A program made the translations under genes and the position numbers. The notes beneath the pieces were generated by a model. The model was given only the letters and a program-made list of their open reading frames with translations, was not told the origin of the DNA and did no database searches. A stretch of DNA of 64,000 nt. Origin: Octopus sinensis. Lineage: Eukaryota. Shown here piece after piece: positions 24,141-38,148 of the stretch. The DNA lies in assembly GCF_006345805.1 (NCBI RefSeq), contig NC_043010.1:10168001-10232000 (forward strand), in the 5' to 3' direction. Positions within the stretch are counted from its first letter, which is position 1; every line of letters begins with the position of its first letter.

Positions 24141-24490
24141 TAAACAAGAGCACTCAGAGAGTGCAAACCTACACCAAGGCAACACTAACGATTGCCCAGA
24201 GATGATTTATAAAATGAGAATATCTGAAATAAACTTGACTGCTCTCACAAACGAGAATACTAAAAATGAACCCGACCGCTTTCAAAACATAAGTAAAAAT
24301 AATCGGAAAAATAATCCAGAATCCTTGTCAATCTCAAAAGCTAATCAGTTCATGCCAGTCACGAGACCAAACATCTCTGAAAGTTTCATCCAAATCCATC
24401 CAATGGTTCTTGAGATATCTTGTCTATGGACATACAAACAAACACAACTAAAAACAATACCTCTATTTTCGCTAAGGTGGAGGTAATAAA
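24141..24490 (+). mobile_element. Helentron/DINE-like non-autonomous element
   Basis: 5' ACAAGAGCACTCAGAGAGTGCAAACCTACACC, and 3' hairpin TACCTC...GAGGTA with a sub-terminal inverted match (ACCT[A/C]CACC / GGTGGAGGT). Family assignment is from memory. Confidence 0.5.
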
Positions 24491-24734
24491 TAGATAATTA
24501 ATAATAAATAAAAACCTAAAACCTGAAAATTTATTTTTGTGTAGTTTTTAGTTTTCCAGCTTACGAACCTTCTGAATGCTAAAATTAAGTTATTTGATAA
24601 CATAAACCAAGGAAATAAATCAGTTTTATCCGCCACTCAAATTTTAAATCCTAAAATAATCTAATGTAATTTTGGCAGATCTGAGTTCCTGAAACGTCTT
24701 ATATATTCACACAAATATGTATGTAGATACTATA

Positions 24735-24777
<43 letters not shown>

Positions 24778-25287
24778 GTGCACACACACACACATGTGTA
24801 CCTATGTATATATGTAGATAATTGTGTGTGTGTGTATATATATACATGTATGTATATATGTATATGTGTACATGCACACACACACACACACATATACATG
24901 TATTATATACATGTGTACACATATACACACACTCACAAAAAGATTGAGGCATGGCTATGTGGTAAGAAGTTTGCTTGTCAGCCATGTAGTTCCAGGTTCA
25001 GTCCCCACTGTGTGGCAACTCGGGCAGATGTCTCCTACTATAGCCTCAGCAGATGGAAACTGAAAAAAGCCTTCGTATATAAATATGCGTGTGTGTGTGT
25101 GTGTGTGAGCGTTTGTGTTCATGCATGTGTGTGCTTTCACACGTCTTTGCAGTGGAACTGCTTATGTAATGGTGACACTATTTACGACTTGCTCAGTTGT
25201 TTGACACGTGAAAATGTGAAGAAGTAGTTCCCTACTTTATAAAAATATAACAAAGAATGAAAATATGAAAAAAAAAAAGGTGTTTAT

Positions 25288-25683
25288 AGGCGCAGGAGTG
25301 GCTGTGTGGTAAGTAGCTTGCTTGCTTACCAACCACATGGTTCTGCGTTCAGTCCCACTGCGTGACACCTAGGGCAAGTGTCTTCTACTATAGCCCCTGA
25401 CCAACGAAAGCCTTGTGAGTGGATTTGGTAGACAGAAACAGAAAGAAGCCCGTCATATATGTATATGTATGTGTGTGTGTGTGTGTCTGTGTTTGTCCCC
25501 CCAACATCACTTGACAACCGATGCTGGTGTGTCTACGTCCCCGTAACTTAGCAGTTCGGCAAAAGAGACTGGTAGAATAAGTACTAGGCTTACAAAGAAT
25601 AAGTCCTGGAGTCGATTTGCTTGACTAAAGGCGGTGCTCCAGCATGGTCGCAGTCAAATGACTGAAACAAGTAAAAGAGTAAA
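25288..25683 (+). mobile_element. SINE family A, full length
   Basis: Complete layout; an additional deleted head lies at 24945-25075. Confidence 0.9.
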
Positions 25684-25821
25684 GGCTGATGTCAGGAAAG
25701 GTATCTGGCCTTTGGATATTGGTTTCAAATTTTGACACAAGGCCTGCAGTTTCAGGGGTGGGGTTGGCAGTGAGAAATTGATCACATCATCCCCAGTGCT
25801 CAACTGGCACTTACTTTATCA

Positions 25822-26055
25822 TGGAGGCACGTGGCTTAGTGGTTAGGGTGTTGCACTTATGATCATAAGATTGTGGTTTCGGTTCCTGGACCAGGCAATG
25901 CATTGCATTCTTGAGCAAAACACTTCATTTCACATTGCTCCAGTCCACTCAGCTGGCAAAAGTGAGTAACCTTGTGACTGACTGACATCCCATTCAGGTG
26001 GGGAATTTATATGCCATGGAAACCAGGAAACCGGCCCTTATGTGTCAACATGACT
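25822..26055 (+). mobile_element. CORE-type tRNA SINE (head D, tail Y)
   Basis: GGAGGCACGTGGCTTAGTGGTTAGGG...TTCTTGAGCAAAACACTTCATTTCAC...CATCCCATTCAGGTGGGG. Confidence 0.8.
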
Positions 26056-26079
26056 CAAAAAGGTAGCTTTACCTTCATC

Positions 26080-26405
26080 TTTACTTACATTATTGACCCA
26101 AAAGAATGAAAGGCCAAGTTGCTTTTGGTGGAATTTGAACTCAGAATGTAAAAACAGATGAAATGCTGCTAAGCATGTTGCCCAGTGTTGTAGGGTAGCA
26201 ATTCTGCCAGTTCAATGCTTTACTGATTGAAAGAATATTGGCTTCAAATTTTGGCACAAGGTCTGCAGCTTCAAGAGAAGGGTTAAGTTGATTATATTGA
26301 CCCAGTGTTCAAATGTTACTTATTCTATCAACACTCAAAAAGACGAAAGACAAAGTCAACCATGACGAAATTTGAACTCAGGATGTAAAGATGGATGAAA
26401 TGTTA
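26080..26405 (-). mobile_element. Two diverged SINE family B pieces
   Basis: GAATTTGAACTCAG...AAATG motifs at about 26130 and 26370. Confidence 0.7.
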
Positions 26406-26407
26406 CT

Positions 26408-26826
26408 AGGCACAGGAGTGGCTGTGTGGTAAATAGCTTGCTTACCAACCAAATGTTCTGGGTTCAGTCCCACTGCATGACACCTTGGGCAAGTGTCTTC
26501 TATTATAGCCTCGGGCCGACCAAAGCTTTGTGAGTGGATTTGGTAGATGGAAACTGAAAGAAGCCCATCATATATATGTATATGTATATATATGTGTGTG
26601 TGTGTTTGTGTGTCTGTGTTTGTCCCCCCCCCCCAACATCACTTGACAACCAATGCTGGTGTGTTTACATCCCTGTAACTTAGTGGTTCGGCAAAAGAGA
26701 CCAATAGAATAAGTACTAGGCTTCTAAAGAATAAGTCCTGTGGTCAATTTGCTCGACTAAAGGTGGTGCTCCAGCATGGCCACAGTCACATGACCGAAAC
26801 AAGTAAAAGAATGAAAGAACAAAAGA
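26408..26826 (+). mobile_element. SINE family A, full length
   Basis: Complete layout. Confidence 0.9.
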
Positions 26827-27789
26827 ACCATTTTGCCCGGGGCTGTTACATTTCTACCAGCCTGCTACCTTATCTGGCCGTATAATATTACCTTAAGAAT
26901 TCTCGTCTTAACTCAGGCCAATGAGGAAAACAACAAATATTAAAACATAAAAACAAATAAATATGTATGAAGAAGATGGATAGGAAAATGCGTGGATGGA
27001 TGTATCCATGCATGTGAACCAATTGAGGAATGCTCGTTGTTGTCAAGATGTGCCTAGAATAAATTAATAACAAAACTTATTTTCTGCTTGCTCCTCATTT
27101 ATCATCAAAAGCTTACAGTTGGTCTTAAGGCTCAAAAAGTGAATTCAGCAGAATTTTCATTTGCATAAAATAATTAGACTTCCTTAAATTTTGATTCAAA
27201 TATCCCTAATGAGTCAAAAATAAAAATTGATTAGATAATTAACAAACTTCTATCTGTATATTTTATACATAATTAATGTCATTTACTGCAATTTCATTGG
27301 TTTGTAAAATCTAAAAGAAATAAAAAATCAAGTATTACATTTGAACTGCATGAAATGGAAGATTTACCCAGCAGAAACATTAGTCACTGGCCTAAAGCTT
27401 GGGTAGTGTTTTTGTTACTTGATATTTTAGTTTGAGATATTTTCATGCATAAAATTAAATTTTGTTTTTAAATATGCTAAATTAAATTTAAATATAAAAA
27501 TATTTTTAAATGAATTAGATAACTTAGTTTAAGAATAATTTCTTATATTAGCCAATGCTACAAATGTGTAAGATGTGGGTGTGATCAGTTTAATTAACCC
27601 TTATATACTACAGTTTCGTAATTTGTTGAATCCTAGATGTGGTCCCTTTGTTATCAATGGTGTGCTAAAAACTGCATTGAAATCACCCTCATATTAATCC
27701 CTACCATCTTACTATAAAAAGAATACATAGGCTAATGCTATTATAATTGCGCACTACCTGCTAAATAATGATAATAATAATAATAATAA

Positions 27790-28012
27790 TAAGCCTTTCT
27801 ACTATAGGCACAAGGGCTGAAATTTTGGGGGAGGGGCTAAGTCGATTATATCGACCCCAGTACTCAACTGGTAATTACTTCATCAACCCTGAAAGGATGA
27901 AAGAAAAGTTGACCCCAGTGGCATTTGAACTCAGAACGTAGTGACAGGCAAAATACCACTAAACATTTTGCATGGCATGCTAACGATTCTGCCAACTCAT
28001 CACCTTAAATAT

Positions 28013-28053
<41 letters not shown>

Positions 28054-28570
28054 TAATAATGATAATATTAATAATAATCCATTCCATTATAGGCACAAGG
28101 CCTGAAATTTTTGTGGGAAGGAGGGGACTAGTCAATTACCGTGACCCCAGTACTCAACTGGTACTTATGTTATCGACTCTGAAAGGATGAAAGGTAAAGC
28201 TAACTCCAATGAAATTTCAACTCAGAACATAAAAACAGATCAAATGCCGGTAAGCATTTTGCCTGTTCAAATTCCACTGAGGTCGACTTCGCCTTTCATC
28301 TTGTCAGGGTCAATAAAATAAGTACCAGTTGTGTACTGGGGTCAATCTAATCGATTGGTCCCCTCCCACCAAAAAATTTCAGGCCTTGTACCTAGAGTAG
28401 AAAATGATAATAATAGCAATAAAAACAACAATAATAATAATCCCTTCAAATTTTGGAGCAAGACCTAAAAATTTCAGGTAAGTTGGGGGAGGGGCCAATT
28501 GATTTCATCAACCCCAGTTCTTGCCTGATACTTATTTCATCAACCCTAAAAGGATTAAAGGCAAAGTTGG
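27790..28570. mobile_element. Cluster of four SINE family B copies (-,-,+,-) separated by (AAT)n
   Basis: Family B bodies at about 27790-28005, 28080-28260, 28265-28410 and 28440-28570. Confidence 0.75.
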
Positions 28571-29044
28571 TTACAGTTGAAGTTTGCTTCTGTCATTATG
28601 GCTAAGGACCTCAGAAATGTTCTGACAATCCATTGAACACTCAATAAAGGACCAATTTCTTGAACCTTAATGAATGTTTCAGTTACTCAAGGCAAGTGAT
28701 AGTATGCGTAATACTTGGAAACCAGGGCAGCATCTCCTCCTCCTCCTCATCATCATCATCATCAATTTGGACCTGGAGATCTCCATTTCCAGCAACTTTG
28801 AGGGCCACCTCCTAGTGGTGTCGGGTGTCAATGAAGAGCCCTCAACTACAACAAGATGACCAAAGTATTTTTTCTCCAAGGCTTGGGGTCTCCCACCCCT
28901 AAACCCTAGACCATCACCTAATCACCCTTACCAGTCTTGTTGCTTAACAACAACGACAACAATAACAACAGCAGCACCAACAATGACAATGTCAACAACA
29001 GTGACACTACTTCTATCATCATCATCATCATTGTCAACTTCATC

Positions 29045-29230
29045 ATCATCTCATCATCATCATCATCATCATCATCATTTAATGTCTATTTACCATGCTT
29101 GCATGATTTGGTGAGTTTGGCAGGAACTGGCAAGCCAGAAGACTGCATCAAGCTCCAATGTCTACTTTGGCATATTTCTGTGCCCTTCCTAACACCAACC
29201 ACTTACAAATTGTACTGGGTGCTTTTGTGT
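29045..29230 (-). mobile_element. Old RTE 3' end
   Basis: (CAT)n TTTAATGTCTATTTACCATGCTTGCATG..., a diverged version of the RTE tail. Confidence 0.6.
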
Positions 29231-29304
29231 GGCTCTCGCCCTTATTTGGTTACTAAGTAACATGCAAAACAAGACCCCTTGACTGAGAGTAGGGAGTAGT
29301 ATTG

Positions 29305-29745
29305 AGGGATGTGATATATATTTCATTGATGTGATGAATATATGATTGATGTGGTATACATTTGATTGATGTGGTATATATTTGATAGATGTTGTATATA
29401 TATCAAATATATGTGCCATATATTTGATTGATATAGTATACATTATATTGATGAGATATAAATTTGATTGATGTAATGTATATTTGATTGATGTGGTATA
29501 CATTTGATTGACGTGATATATATTCGATTAATCTAGTGTACATTTGACTGATGAAGTACATATTTGATTGATATAGTATACATTTGATTGATGCGGTATA
29601 AATTTGATTGATGATGTGTACATTTAATTGATAAGAAATAAACTTGATTGATGTGGTATATATTTGATTGATGTAGAATGCATTTAATTGATTTGGTATA
29701 TATTTGATTATGTGATTTTACATTTGACTTGAAGTTGCATATATC
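29305..29745. repeat. ~20-bp minisatellite
   Basis: Roughly 20 diverged tandem units of TTTGATTGATGTGGTATA(T/C)A. Confidence 0.85.
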
Positions 29746-30437
29746 TGATACTATTTCACATGATAATCACCACAAGAATTAAATGCATTTACAAGTAGTA
29801 TACTCTTGGTAAGCTGCAGAAAACAGTTCAAACATATTGGTCCTACAGATGTGCCAGTAGGGCTAGTTAAAATATGTCCACTGTGGGGTGATACAGAGTA
29901 AATAGCTGTTATTCAATGACCACGGACTGTCTTGAGTTTATCGGTAATTTGTACATGTTTTGTTATTTATTTTAGAGGGACTCTAAAGTCAACCTTATGC
30001 CCGAGCAAGCTTGTTGGGGATTGGGGTTGCTTCTTCAGTAACTGAAAGCCTCTTCACATGCAAAGGGATTGCATTACCATACCTGACTACCAATAGCACA
30101 TCTCTGCCTGGTTTCATACCATGTATACACACACACACACACACATACACTGATACATACACATATACACAAACACACTCAGGCATACACATATACAAAT
30201 ACATTCACATATAACACGCTACACACATAAACTTATTACACACACAAACATGATCACACAAACACACTCAGGCATACACATACTCATACACATACACATA
30301 TACAAACAAATTCACACATAGACATATACACGCTACACACATAAACTCACACACACACACACTAGAAATTATCCATGATATGCAAACCATAAATCTCTAT
30401 AACTTTTGAATCAACTTTCTTCCACATTTTCATTATA

Positions 30438-30513
<76 letters not shown>

Positions 30514-30630
30514 TATATATATATATGTGTGCATATATGTATTATATATATGTATATATTATATATATATATATTATGTATATATATATATATGTATATA
30601 TATATTATATATATACATATATATATATAC

Positions 30631-30667
<37 letters not shown>

Positions 30668-31139
30668 ATATATATATATATATATGTATATATGTATATG
30701 TTGTTTTCTGTGTTTTATTTTAATTCTGTTTTTGTTAAAGCTTCATTTGATGTGAAGGTTTTTCCACTAACTGATGTGATTTAAACAATGGCTTGCGTTG
30801 GTTTCAAGGTAGCGTATGTCATTAAAATAGCATGCTAAATCAATATGTTAGTTTCTTCTTAAGTCTCTCTGCTTCTTGACTTTGAGCTTCTTAAAATGAA
30901 CGATTTTTATGGCATTCATTGAAGGGAAGTTTGGCATGCTAGTTTGTTTGTTTGCTTGTTTAAGAGATGTTAGTGGAATGGAGTGGAGGTAAAAAAAAAA
31001 GGGAAAGGGTTGAGTGTGGCGAGAGTGGTGTAATGAGAGAGAGAGACAGAGACAGAGAGAGGGTAGGAGAGAAAGAGACAGAGAAAGAGAGAGAGGGTGA
31101 GGAAAATGTGTGAAGAAGAGTAAGAGTAAGCTGGAAAAC

Positions 31140-31172
<33 letters not shown>

Positions 31173-32129
31173 GGATTAGGTGATTTCATGCATGTAAATG
31201 TATGCAAATACACACACGCACACACACACACACACACATATATGTAACATGTATATACACATAGCAATATAAATATATGTGATCATAAGTACGTATATGT
31301 GTGTGTATGAAAGTGTGCATGTGTGCATGTAAGTGTGCATATGTGTGCATATATATGTATGTATGTGTGTATGTATGTATGTCTATCTATCTATCTATAT
31401 ATATGTATGTATATATATGTACGTGTATATGCATCATCATGATGCATATATATGTAAATACACATGTGCATGTATATATATATGTATGTATTTATTTATA
31501 TATATATATAAATATGTGGTATGTATTAAAACCTATGTATTGACACCTACATATATTCATATATATATATACGCACATAATACATACATATATATACATA
31601 TATATTTAAGTATGTATGTATGTATGTATGTATGTACGAACACATGTTTGTGCAATGAGAAAGAATAAAGTAGTCTCAGTAGATATAAGATATTTCTTGG
31701 AGGAACTATGAGAAATTACCAAAAAAAAAAACCCCCCCAAAAAAAACAAAAAAAAAAACAAAACATAAATGTGGAAGAGGGAAAAGATGTAAAAAAAAAG
31801 CACAGAAAAAGAGAGAGAGAAAGTGTAACAGAAAAGAGGAGGAAATGGGTGGAAAAAGAAAAGGGGAATGAGATAGAAAGAGGGGCGAAGAGAAAACAGA
31901 AAGTTAATTTGATGGTTGATTAAATCACTTTATCACGGAAAAGCAGAAATATATACTTTCTATATATTAAAATAATGGGATTAGTATAGAGACTGTTGAA
32001 GAGATGATTAATTTTCAAACTCTTCTGTGAATTATTTGTAAATAATCATGGGAAACAGCGAGACAGCTAGGCTTGGAAAAGATTACCAAAGTTTATTACA
32101 ACAATAGGTAATAATTAAACCCAGAATCT

Positions 32130-32531
32130 CAAAATACTTGCGTGAGTATGTATGTATTTATGTATATATGTATGCATATATACACATATACATGTATATA
32201 TATATATGTGTGTGTGTACATAAATATATATATATATATTTACGCTCACACACATGCATATATGGACATATACATATATATAGACATATATGTGTATATG
32301 TATGTATTTATGTATATGTGTATGCATATATACATATATACATGTATATATATATATGTGTGTATGTGTACATAAATATATATATATATATATACGCACA
32401 CACATGCATATATGGACATATACATATATATAGATATATATGTGTGTATGTATGTATTTATGTATATGTGTATGCATATATACATATATACATGTATATA
32501 TATATATATATGTGTGTGTGTGTCTGTGTAC

Positions 32532-32570
<39 letters not shown>

Positions 32571-32630
32571 TATGCATATATGGACATCTACATATATATA
32601 TAGACATATATATGTACGTGTGTGTCTATA
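32130..32630. repeat. Higher-order TA/TG/CA tandem repeat (period ~150-170 bp)
   Basis: CACACA(CA)TGCATATATGGACAT recurs near 32245, 32397 and 32567. Confidence 0.7.
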
Positions 32631-32691
32631 TATGTGTGTGTGCATATATACACTCATACATAATGCATGCATACATACATACATACATACA

Positions 32692-32727
<36 letters not shown>

Positions 32728-33251
32728 CATATATAAATATGTGTGTATGTATCTATGTATGTATGCATGTATGTGTAAATATATATGTCTGTGTGTGTGT
32801 GTGGTGTATAAGTATGTGTGTATTGGCTTTTGCCAGATCAAAAAAGAACATAGAATGGTAAGAAATAAAAATATGACATCATCATTCATCATATTACACA
32901 ACTTTTTGCAAATATTATTTTCTTTACTCCCAAATTTTCGTCTGCAAAATAACCTCCAACCAAATATTTCTAAATCAAAACATTATTTTTCACTGTTTTT
33001 TCAAGATGAAAGAAAAACTTTTAAAGATAGTCTAGAGTAAATTTTCTTTCAAGGTATTATGAATCTTCTTGTATTGACATTAACTACAAAATTCTTCATC
33101 TTATATTAATATTAGCAACAGATTCAACGAAGAATTTTTAAATATTCTTGTATTTAAGATCAATATATAAATAAAAGTGGAGAAGAGTAAATAAATGATA
33201 TCAATATTCTTCATATTTAAAATATTTGCTTGAAAATAACCCCTTTCTCTT

Positions 33252-33282
<31 letters not shown>

Positions 33283-33380
33283 GTGTATATATACATACAT
33301 ATGAACATATATATGTATATATACTTATATACATATATATGTACATATACATACATACGTATATACATATACATACATAT

Positions 33381-33421
<41 letters not shown>

Positions 33422-33479
33422 AAGATGTGTATATATATATATAATATATATATATATAATATATATATATATACATAAA

Positions 33480-33533
<54 letters not shown>

Positions 33534-33706
33534 AAGATGTATAAATATTTTTCTGGAAATCTTAATTCATTAATTCCAAGTTCAAAATCTGTGCAAGACA
33601 GAATCAAAATTTGTTTCAAAATTTTCAGATATCAACAGCTCTTTCTTTTCTACAGTTTTTCATGCATACATACATACATACATACATACATACATACATA
33701 CATACA

Positions 33707-33737
<31 letters not shown>

Positions 33738-33829
33738 TTATAAGCTAAAGAGGGAGCCAATGATGTGATTGGTTTTCCTAAACCAAATAGTTTCCTAAAA
33801 AGGTAAAACACATATTCTTGTTCACAAAT

Positions 33830-34180
33830 GGATGTGTGGTAAGAAGTGTGCTTCTCAACCACACGGTTCCAGGTTCAATCCCACTGCATGGCACCTTGGG
33901 CAAGTGCCTTCTCTATTGCCTCATGTCAAGAAAAGCCTTGTGAGTGGATTTGGTAGACGGAACCCTGTCATATATGCATATATTTATGTGTGTGATGTGT
34001 GTGTGTTTTTTCCTGTATTTGTTCCCTAACACTGCTTGACAATTGGTATTGGTGTATTTATATCTCCATAACTTAGCAGTTTGGCTAAAGATACTGATGG
34101 AATAAGTATTAGGCTTAAAGAAATTATAAATACTGGAGTTGGTTCATTAAACTAAAATTTCTGTCCCAGCATGGCCATCA
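33830..34180 (+). mobile_element. SINE family A, diverged
   Basis: Head, (TG)n and tail are all recognisable. Confidence 0.7.
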
Positions 34181-34189
34181 TCTAATGAA

Positions 34190-34320
34190 TCATCATCATC
34201 ATCGTTTAACGTCTGCTTTCCATGCTAGCATGGGTTGGACGATTTGACTGGAACAGAAGCCAGTTAGCTACTCTGTCAATGATCATGCTCGGATGGTGCT
34301 CTTAGCGTTCCACTAGCAGA
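34190..34320 (-). mobile_element. RTE 3' end fragment
   Basis: (CAT)n GTTTAACGTCTGCTTTCCATGCTAGCATGGGTTGG. Confidence 0.8.
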
Positions 34321-34519
34321 AGATGCCAGTCATGAAACAAGTAAAAGATTAGGGATACAAAATCAAAAGATATGTGTGCCTCATATCTGCAATTAAACAG
34401 CACCTGGTCCCAAACTAAACTACACCCACATGAAAAACTAATGCCACCACAAATAGATATTCAGGTAAAGCATTTACTCCTTGTATTAATATCAATCTTG
34501 GTACTGATTCTGTTTGGGC

Positions 34520-35110
34520 AAATGGAATCAATGCCAAAATAAGTGTCAGTGGAGTTGAGCTTGAACAAGTTCAAAACTTCAGATATCTTGGGTTGATTGT
34601 GGGTGATCAAGGTTCTAAGCCTGAAGTGATATCCTGCATTGCCAAAGCAATGACCAAATTCAGAACACTGTGGAAAGAGAGAAATATCTCACTGAGCTCC
34701 AAAATTAGGCTAATGAGATCACTAGTGATCATAATATTACTGCACACCTGTGAGACATGGACACTGAGAGCAGAAATCAAAAGAAGAATCCAGGCTACAG
34801 GGATGAAATATTTCAGAAGACTTTTGGGAATGTCTTACAGAGATCGTGTTGCAAATGAGAATGTGTAAAGAAGAATAAAGCAGGCAATAGGGCCCTATGA
34901 GGAACTTCTTACACAGTAAAGAAACACAAGCTCAGATGGTTTGGTCATATCACCCACTCATCAGGGGTGGTCAAAACAATCCTTATAGGAACAGTTAAAG
35001 ATGGTAGATGTAGAGGCAGAAGACAGAGATAGGTGGAAGGATCTGGTTGCAAGGTCATCATTGGTTCCCCAATGGTCAGCCACTCTATGGGATGTGCAAT
35101 GTAATGTAAT
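34520..35110 (+). pseudogene. 3' fragment of a second RTE (BovB-like) LINE family
   Basis: Encodes LEQVQNFRYLG...NISLSSKIRLMRSLV...TCETWTL...KLRWFGHI...GRCRGR, with an internal deletion near 35015 and a (GTAAT)-type tail. No PHD-like insert before FRYLG. Confidence 0.85.
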
Positions 35111-35802
35111 TGATATCTATATAATCATTAAATTTAGAACTGGAGCAACCAAATATTTCTCAAAAAATTTACAGGGTGGTGGCAATGAACAGAGACATGC
35201 AGGAAGTAAATAGACACCTTAAATTTTTTTAAATCTCTGATCTAAGCATCTTAATATGTTTTCAGCGGTGTAGAATTTACAAGGTAATTATTCTTTTTCA
35301 TTCCAGGTGCCATTATACTAAACATTTGCGAAGAGTACATCAATGGTGCCCCATTGTGATATGTAGCAACTCCAAGAAATGTAAAATATGACCCGGACCA
35401 TGTTAACCAACATGAACATCAAATTTCAAAAAGTAGTTAACCATTTAATGGTTTTGGTAAATTTATACAGTAAAAGTAAGCATTATACTGTCCAGCATAA
35501 ATAAAAGTCAGCTTCATTATATTTGACATTATTTTTTTGTGTAAAAGCCTATTCTGACATTAAATAAGTCAACATCCAGTACAAATGTTTACGTTTTGTA
35601 TGTTTTTTCAACAAAAAGAATTTCAAAAAAATTCTGGAAACGATCTACTCATGTAATTTACATGCAAAACAAAGTTTATTTTTATTTTTGCAAAAAAAAA
35701 TATGTGTGTAAATTCCATGGGTTTTTACTATATGTCTATATTCATGTAAGTATATATTTATTTTTTCTCTCTCCTTTTTTCTCTCCTTGTTTTTTCTGTG
35801 TC

Positions 35803-35840
35803 TCTTTCTATAGAAGAGCGTAGGCTCGAAATGTAAAAGA
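35803..35840 (+). ncRNA. Decayed minimal hammerhead-like motif in a short (TA)n-ended element (about 35760-35945)
   Basis: UCUUU CUAUAGA A GAGC-GUAG-GCUC GAA AUGU A AAAGA. Stem I is 5 bp and stem II is 4 bp; core G5 and A6 are altered. Confidence 0.5.
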
Positions 35841-36206
35841 CTTTTTCTATTCCTGAGCATTATACTAATACATCTGTTTGTTTTGTACACCAGCTGTCTT
35901 CGTCTTTTGTCTTTTTCGTAAACTCTCCCTATATATTTATACATATATATATATATATAGATATACATATGTGTGTGTGTGAGTGCGTGCATGCATAGTA
36001 TCCTTTTAATTCAGACATGTTCATTTTTTTCTCTATTATCTCATTCTTCATCTATACTTACTGTAGTAAAACAATGGCTCAAGATATTAAAAACTCTATC
36101 TGCTATTCCTGAGCATCACCCTAATACACAATTTGTTTTTTTTATCTTGCCTCCACGTCTTTTTATACTTTTGCGTAATTTAGATGACAGTTTATTCACC
36201 GCACCA

Positions 36207-36248
<42 letters not shown>

Positions 36249-36318
36249 TAAAATGGTAAGATGACAAAAGAAAGAAAGAGACCTCAATATTATGTAAATA
36301 GAGGAAATTTATCTATAC

Positions 36319-36520
36319 AATAATATGTTACATTACTCAATAGTCAAGATAAAACTCTGAGTTTCAGATGCTGAAGTGGGAATTCACGATATCTCTTCGC
36401 TTATCTGGCTATTTGAAAACGCTATAAAAAATCATAGCGTTTTCAAATTCCCGACTCGGGCATCTGAAACTCATAGGGTAGAGTTTTATCTTGACTATAT
36501 GAGTAATGTAACATATTATT
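36319..36520. repeat. Nested fold-back inverted repeat flanked by (TA)n
   Basis: Outer arms at about 36319-36385 and 36446-36520; inner stem TTTGAAAACGCTAT / ATAGCGTTTTCAAA. Confidence 0.85.
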
Positions 36521-37202
36521 TGTGGATATATATATAGAATATATATATGATATATATATATATTTTATATTATTTATTTAGTTGTGTCTGGAGAGAGTCA
36601 TTCTCTTTTACTGCTTTATTATTTGACACACTCACCAGTAAAGTTTCCACTCATTTACTTATTTATTTTTCCAAAAATTTTCGCTATGTCTTGCAACCTT
36701 TTCAATAGTCCAAATTCAAAAACAAAATATATTTATTTATATATCGATCTAAGTTCACTTGTATGTTCCAACCTGATTTTTTTTTTTTGGTCTGGGTATA
36801 TGAATGTGAGTGAGTGTGTGCACATCTGTGTGTGCATGTGTGTGCGTGTGTACATGCATGTGTGCATGTGTGTGTGCATGAATAGGTGTGTTTTTTGCAC
36901 TTTAATACCAGGTAAAGGTTCATAGGACAACCAAATGTATTGAAGCTTAATAGAGACAGAGAACAAAGGAAAAATTAATAGTGATCAAACATTTAAATCT
37001 TAACAGTTGTTGCACAAATTTGCACATCTGCATGACAATAGTGAAGCTGAGTCATAGCAGGAACTTTTTTCAAAAATACAATGCAGAATTTGCCTTTACC
37101 GTTTTTTAATTCTGTCTTTTGTTTTTACTTTATTTAGTTATTTATTTTTCTTTATGTTTCATTGATGAAAAAAAATATATCGAACACAATGTTTTAGACA
37201 TA

Positions 37203-37241
<39 letters not shown>

Positions 37242-37410
37242 GATATATAATATATATATATATACACCAATATAAATAATATATACATATATATATACAC
37301 ATATAAATATATACATATACACACAACACACACACATACTGCATGAACATGTACATATGTATATACATAGATACATATATGTATATGTGTATATAGTTAT
37401 ACATATATTA

Positions 37411-37454
<44 letters not shown>

Positions 37455-37502
37455 AACTAATACACATACATATATGTTTTATGTATATACATATGTATAT
37501 AT

Positions 37503-37544
<42 letters not shown>

Positions 37545-37593
37545 ACTATATACACATACATATATGTATTTATGTATATACATATGTATATAT

Positions 37594-37632
<39 letters not shown>

Positions 37633-37799
37633 CAAGTGTGTGTGTGTGTGGTGTATGTGTGTGGTGTGTGTGTGTGTGTATGGACAGAGAAAGAGAGTGA
37701 GAGAAAGCGGTAAACTATTGATGAAGTCACAAGTTTGCATACACCCGACTTAGATTTTCTGCATGCATAAATACTAAAATGCATGCATGATACACACGC

Positions 37800-37814
37800 G
37801 TGTGTGACACGCAT

Positions 37815-37848
<34 letters not shown>

Positions 37849-37914
37849 ACACACGCACACACACACACATAGAGTCTCATGCAAACATCCTTGTACGCAT
37901 GCACACACACGCAT

Positions 37915-37963
<49 letters not shown>

Positions 37964-38004
37964 GTCTCATGCAAACATCCTTGTACGCATGCACACACAC
38001 GCAT

Positions 38005-38051
<47 letters not shown>

Positions 38052-38104
38052 CACACACATAGAGTCTCATGCAAACATCCTTGTACGCATGCACACACAC
38101 GCAT

Positions 38105-38148
<44 letters not shown>

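Noticed and set aside
24112-24486. 124-aa ORF
   Set aside because: It coincides with a non-autonomous repeat and has no recognisable domain.
30400-33750. IY/YI/HT-rich ORFs up to 300 aa, also at 18489-19254, 51164-51557, 55248-55888 and 57114-58544
   Set aside because: They are (TA)n/(CA)n microsatellite read-throughs.
35307-35390. Strong acceptor followed by CHYTKHLRRVHQWCP
   Set aside because: There is no convincing donor before the stop and no recognisable homology.
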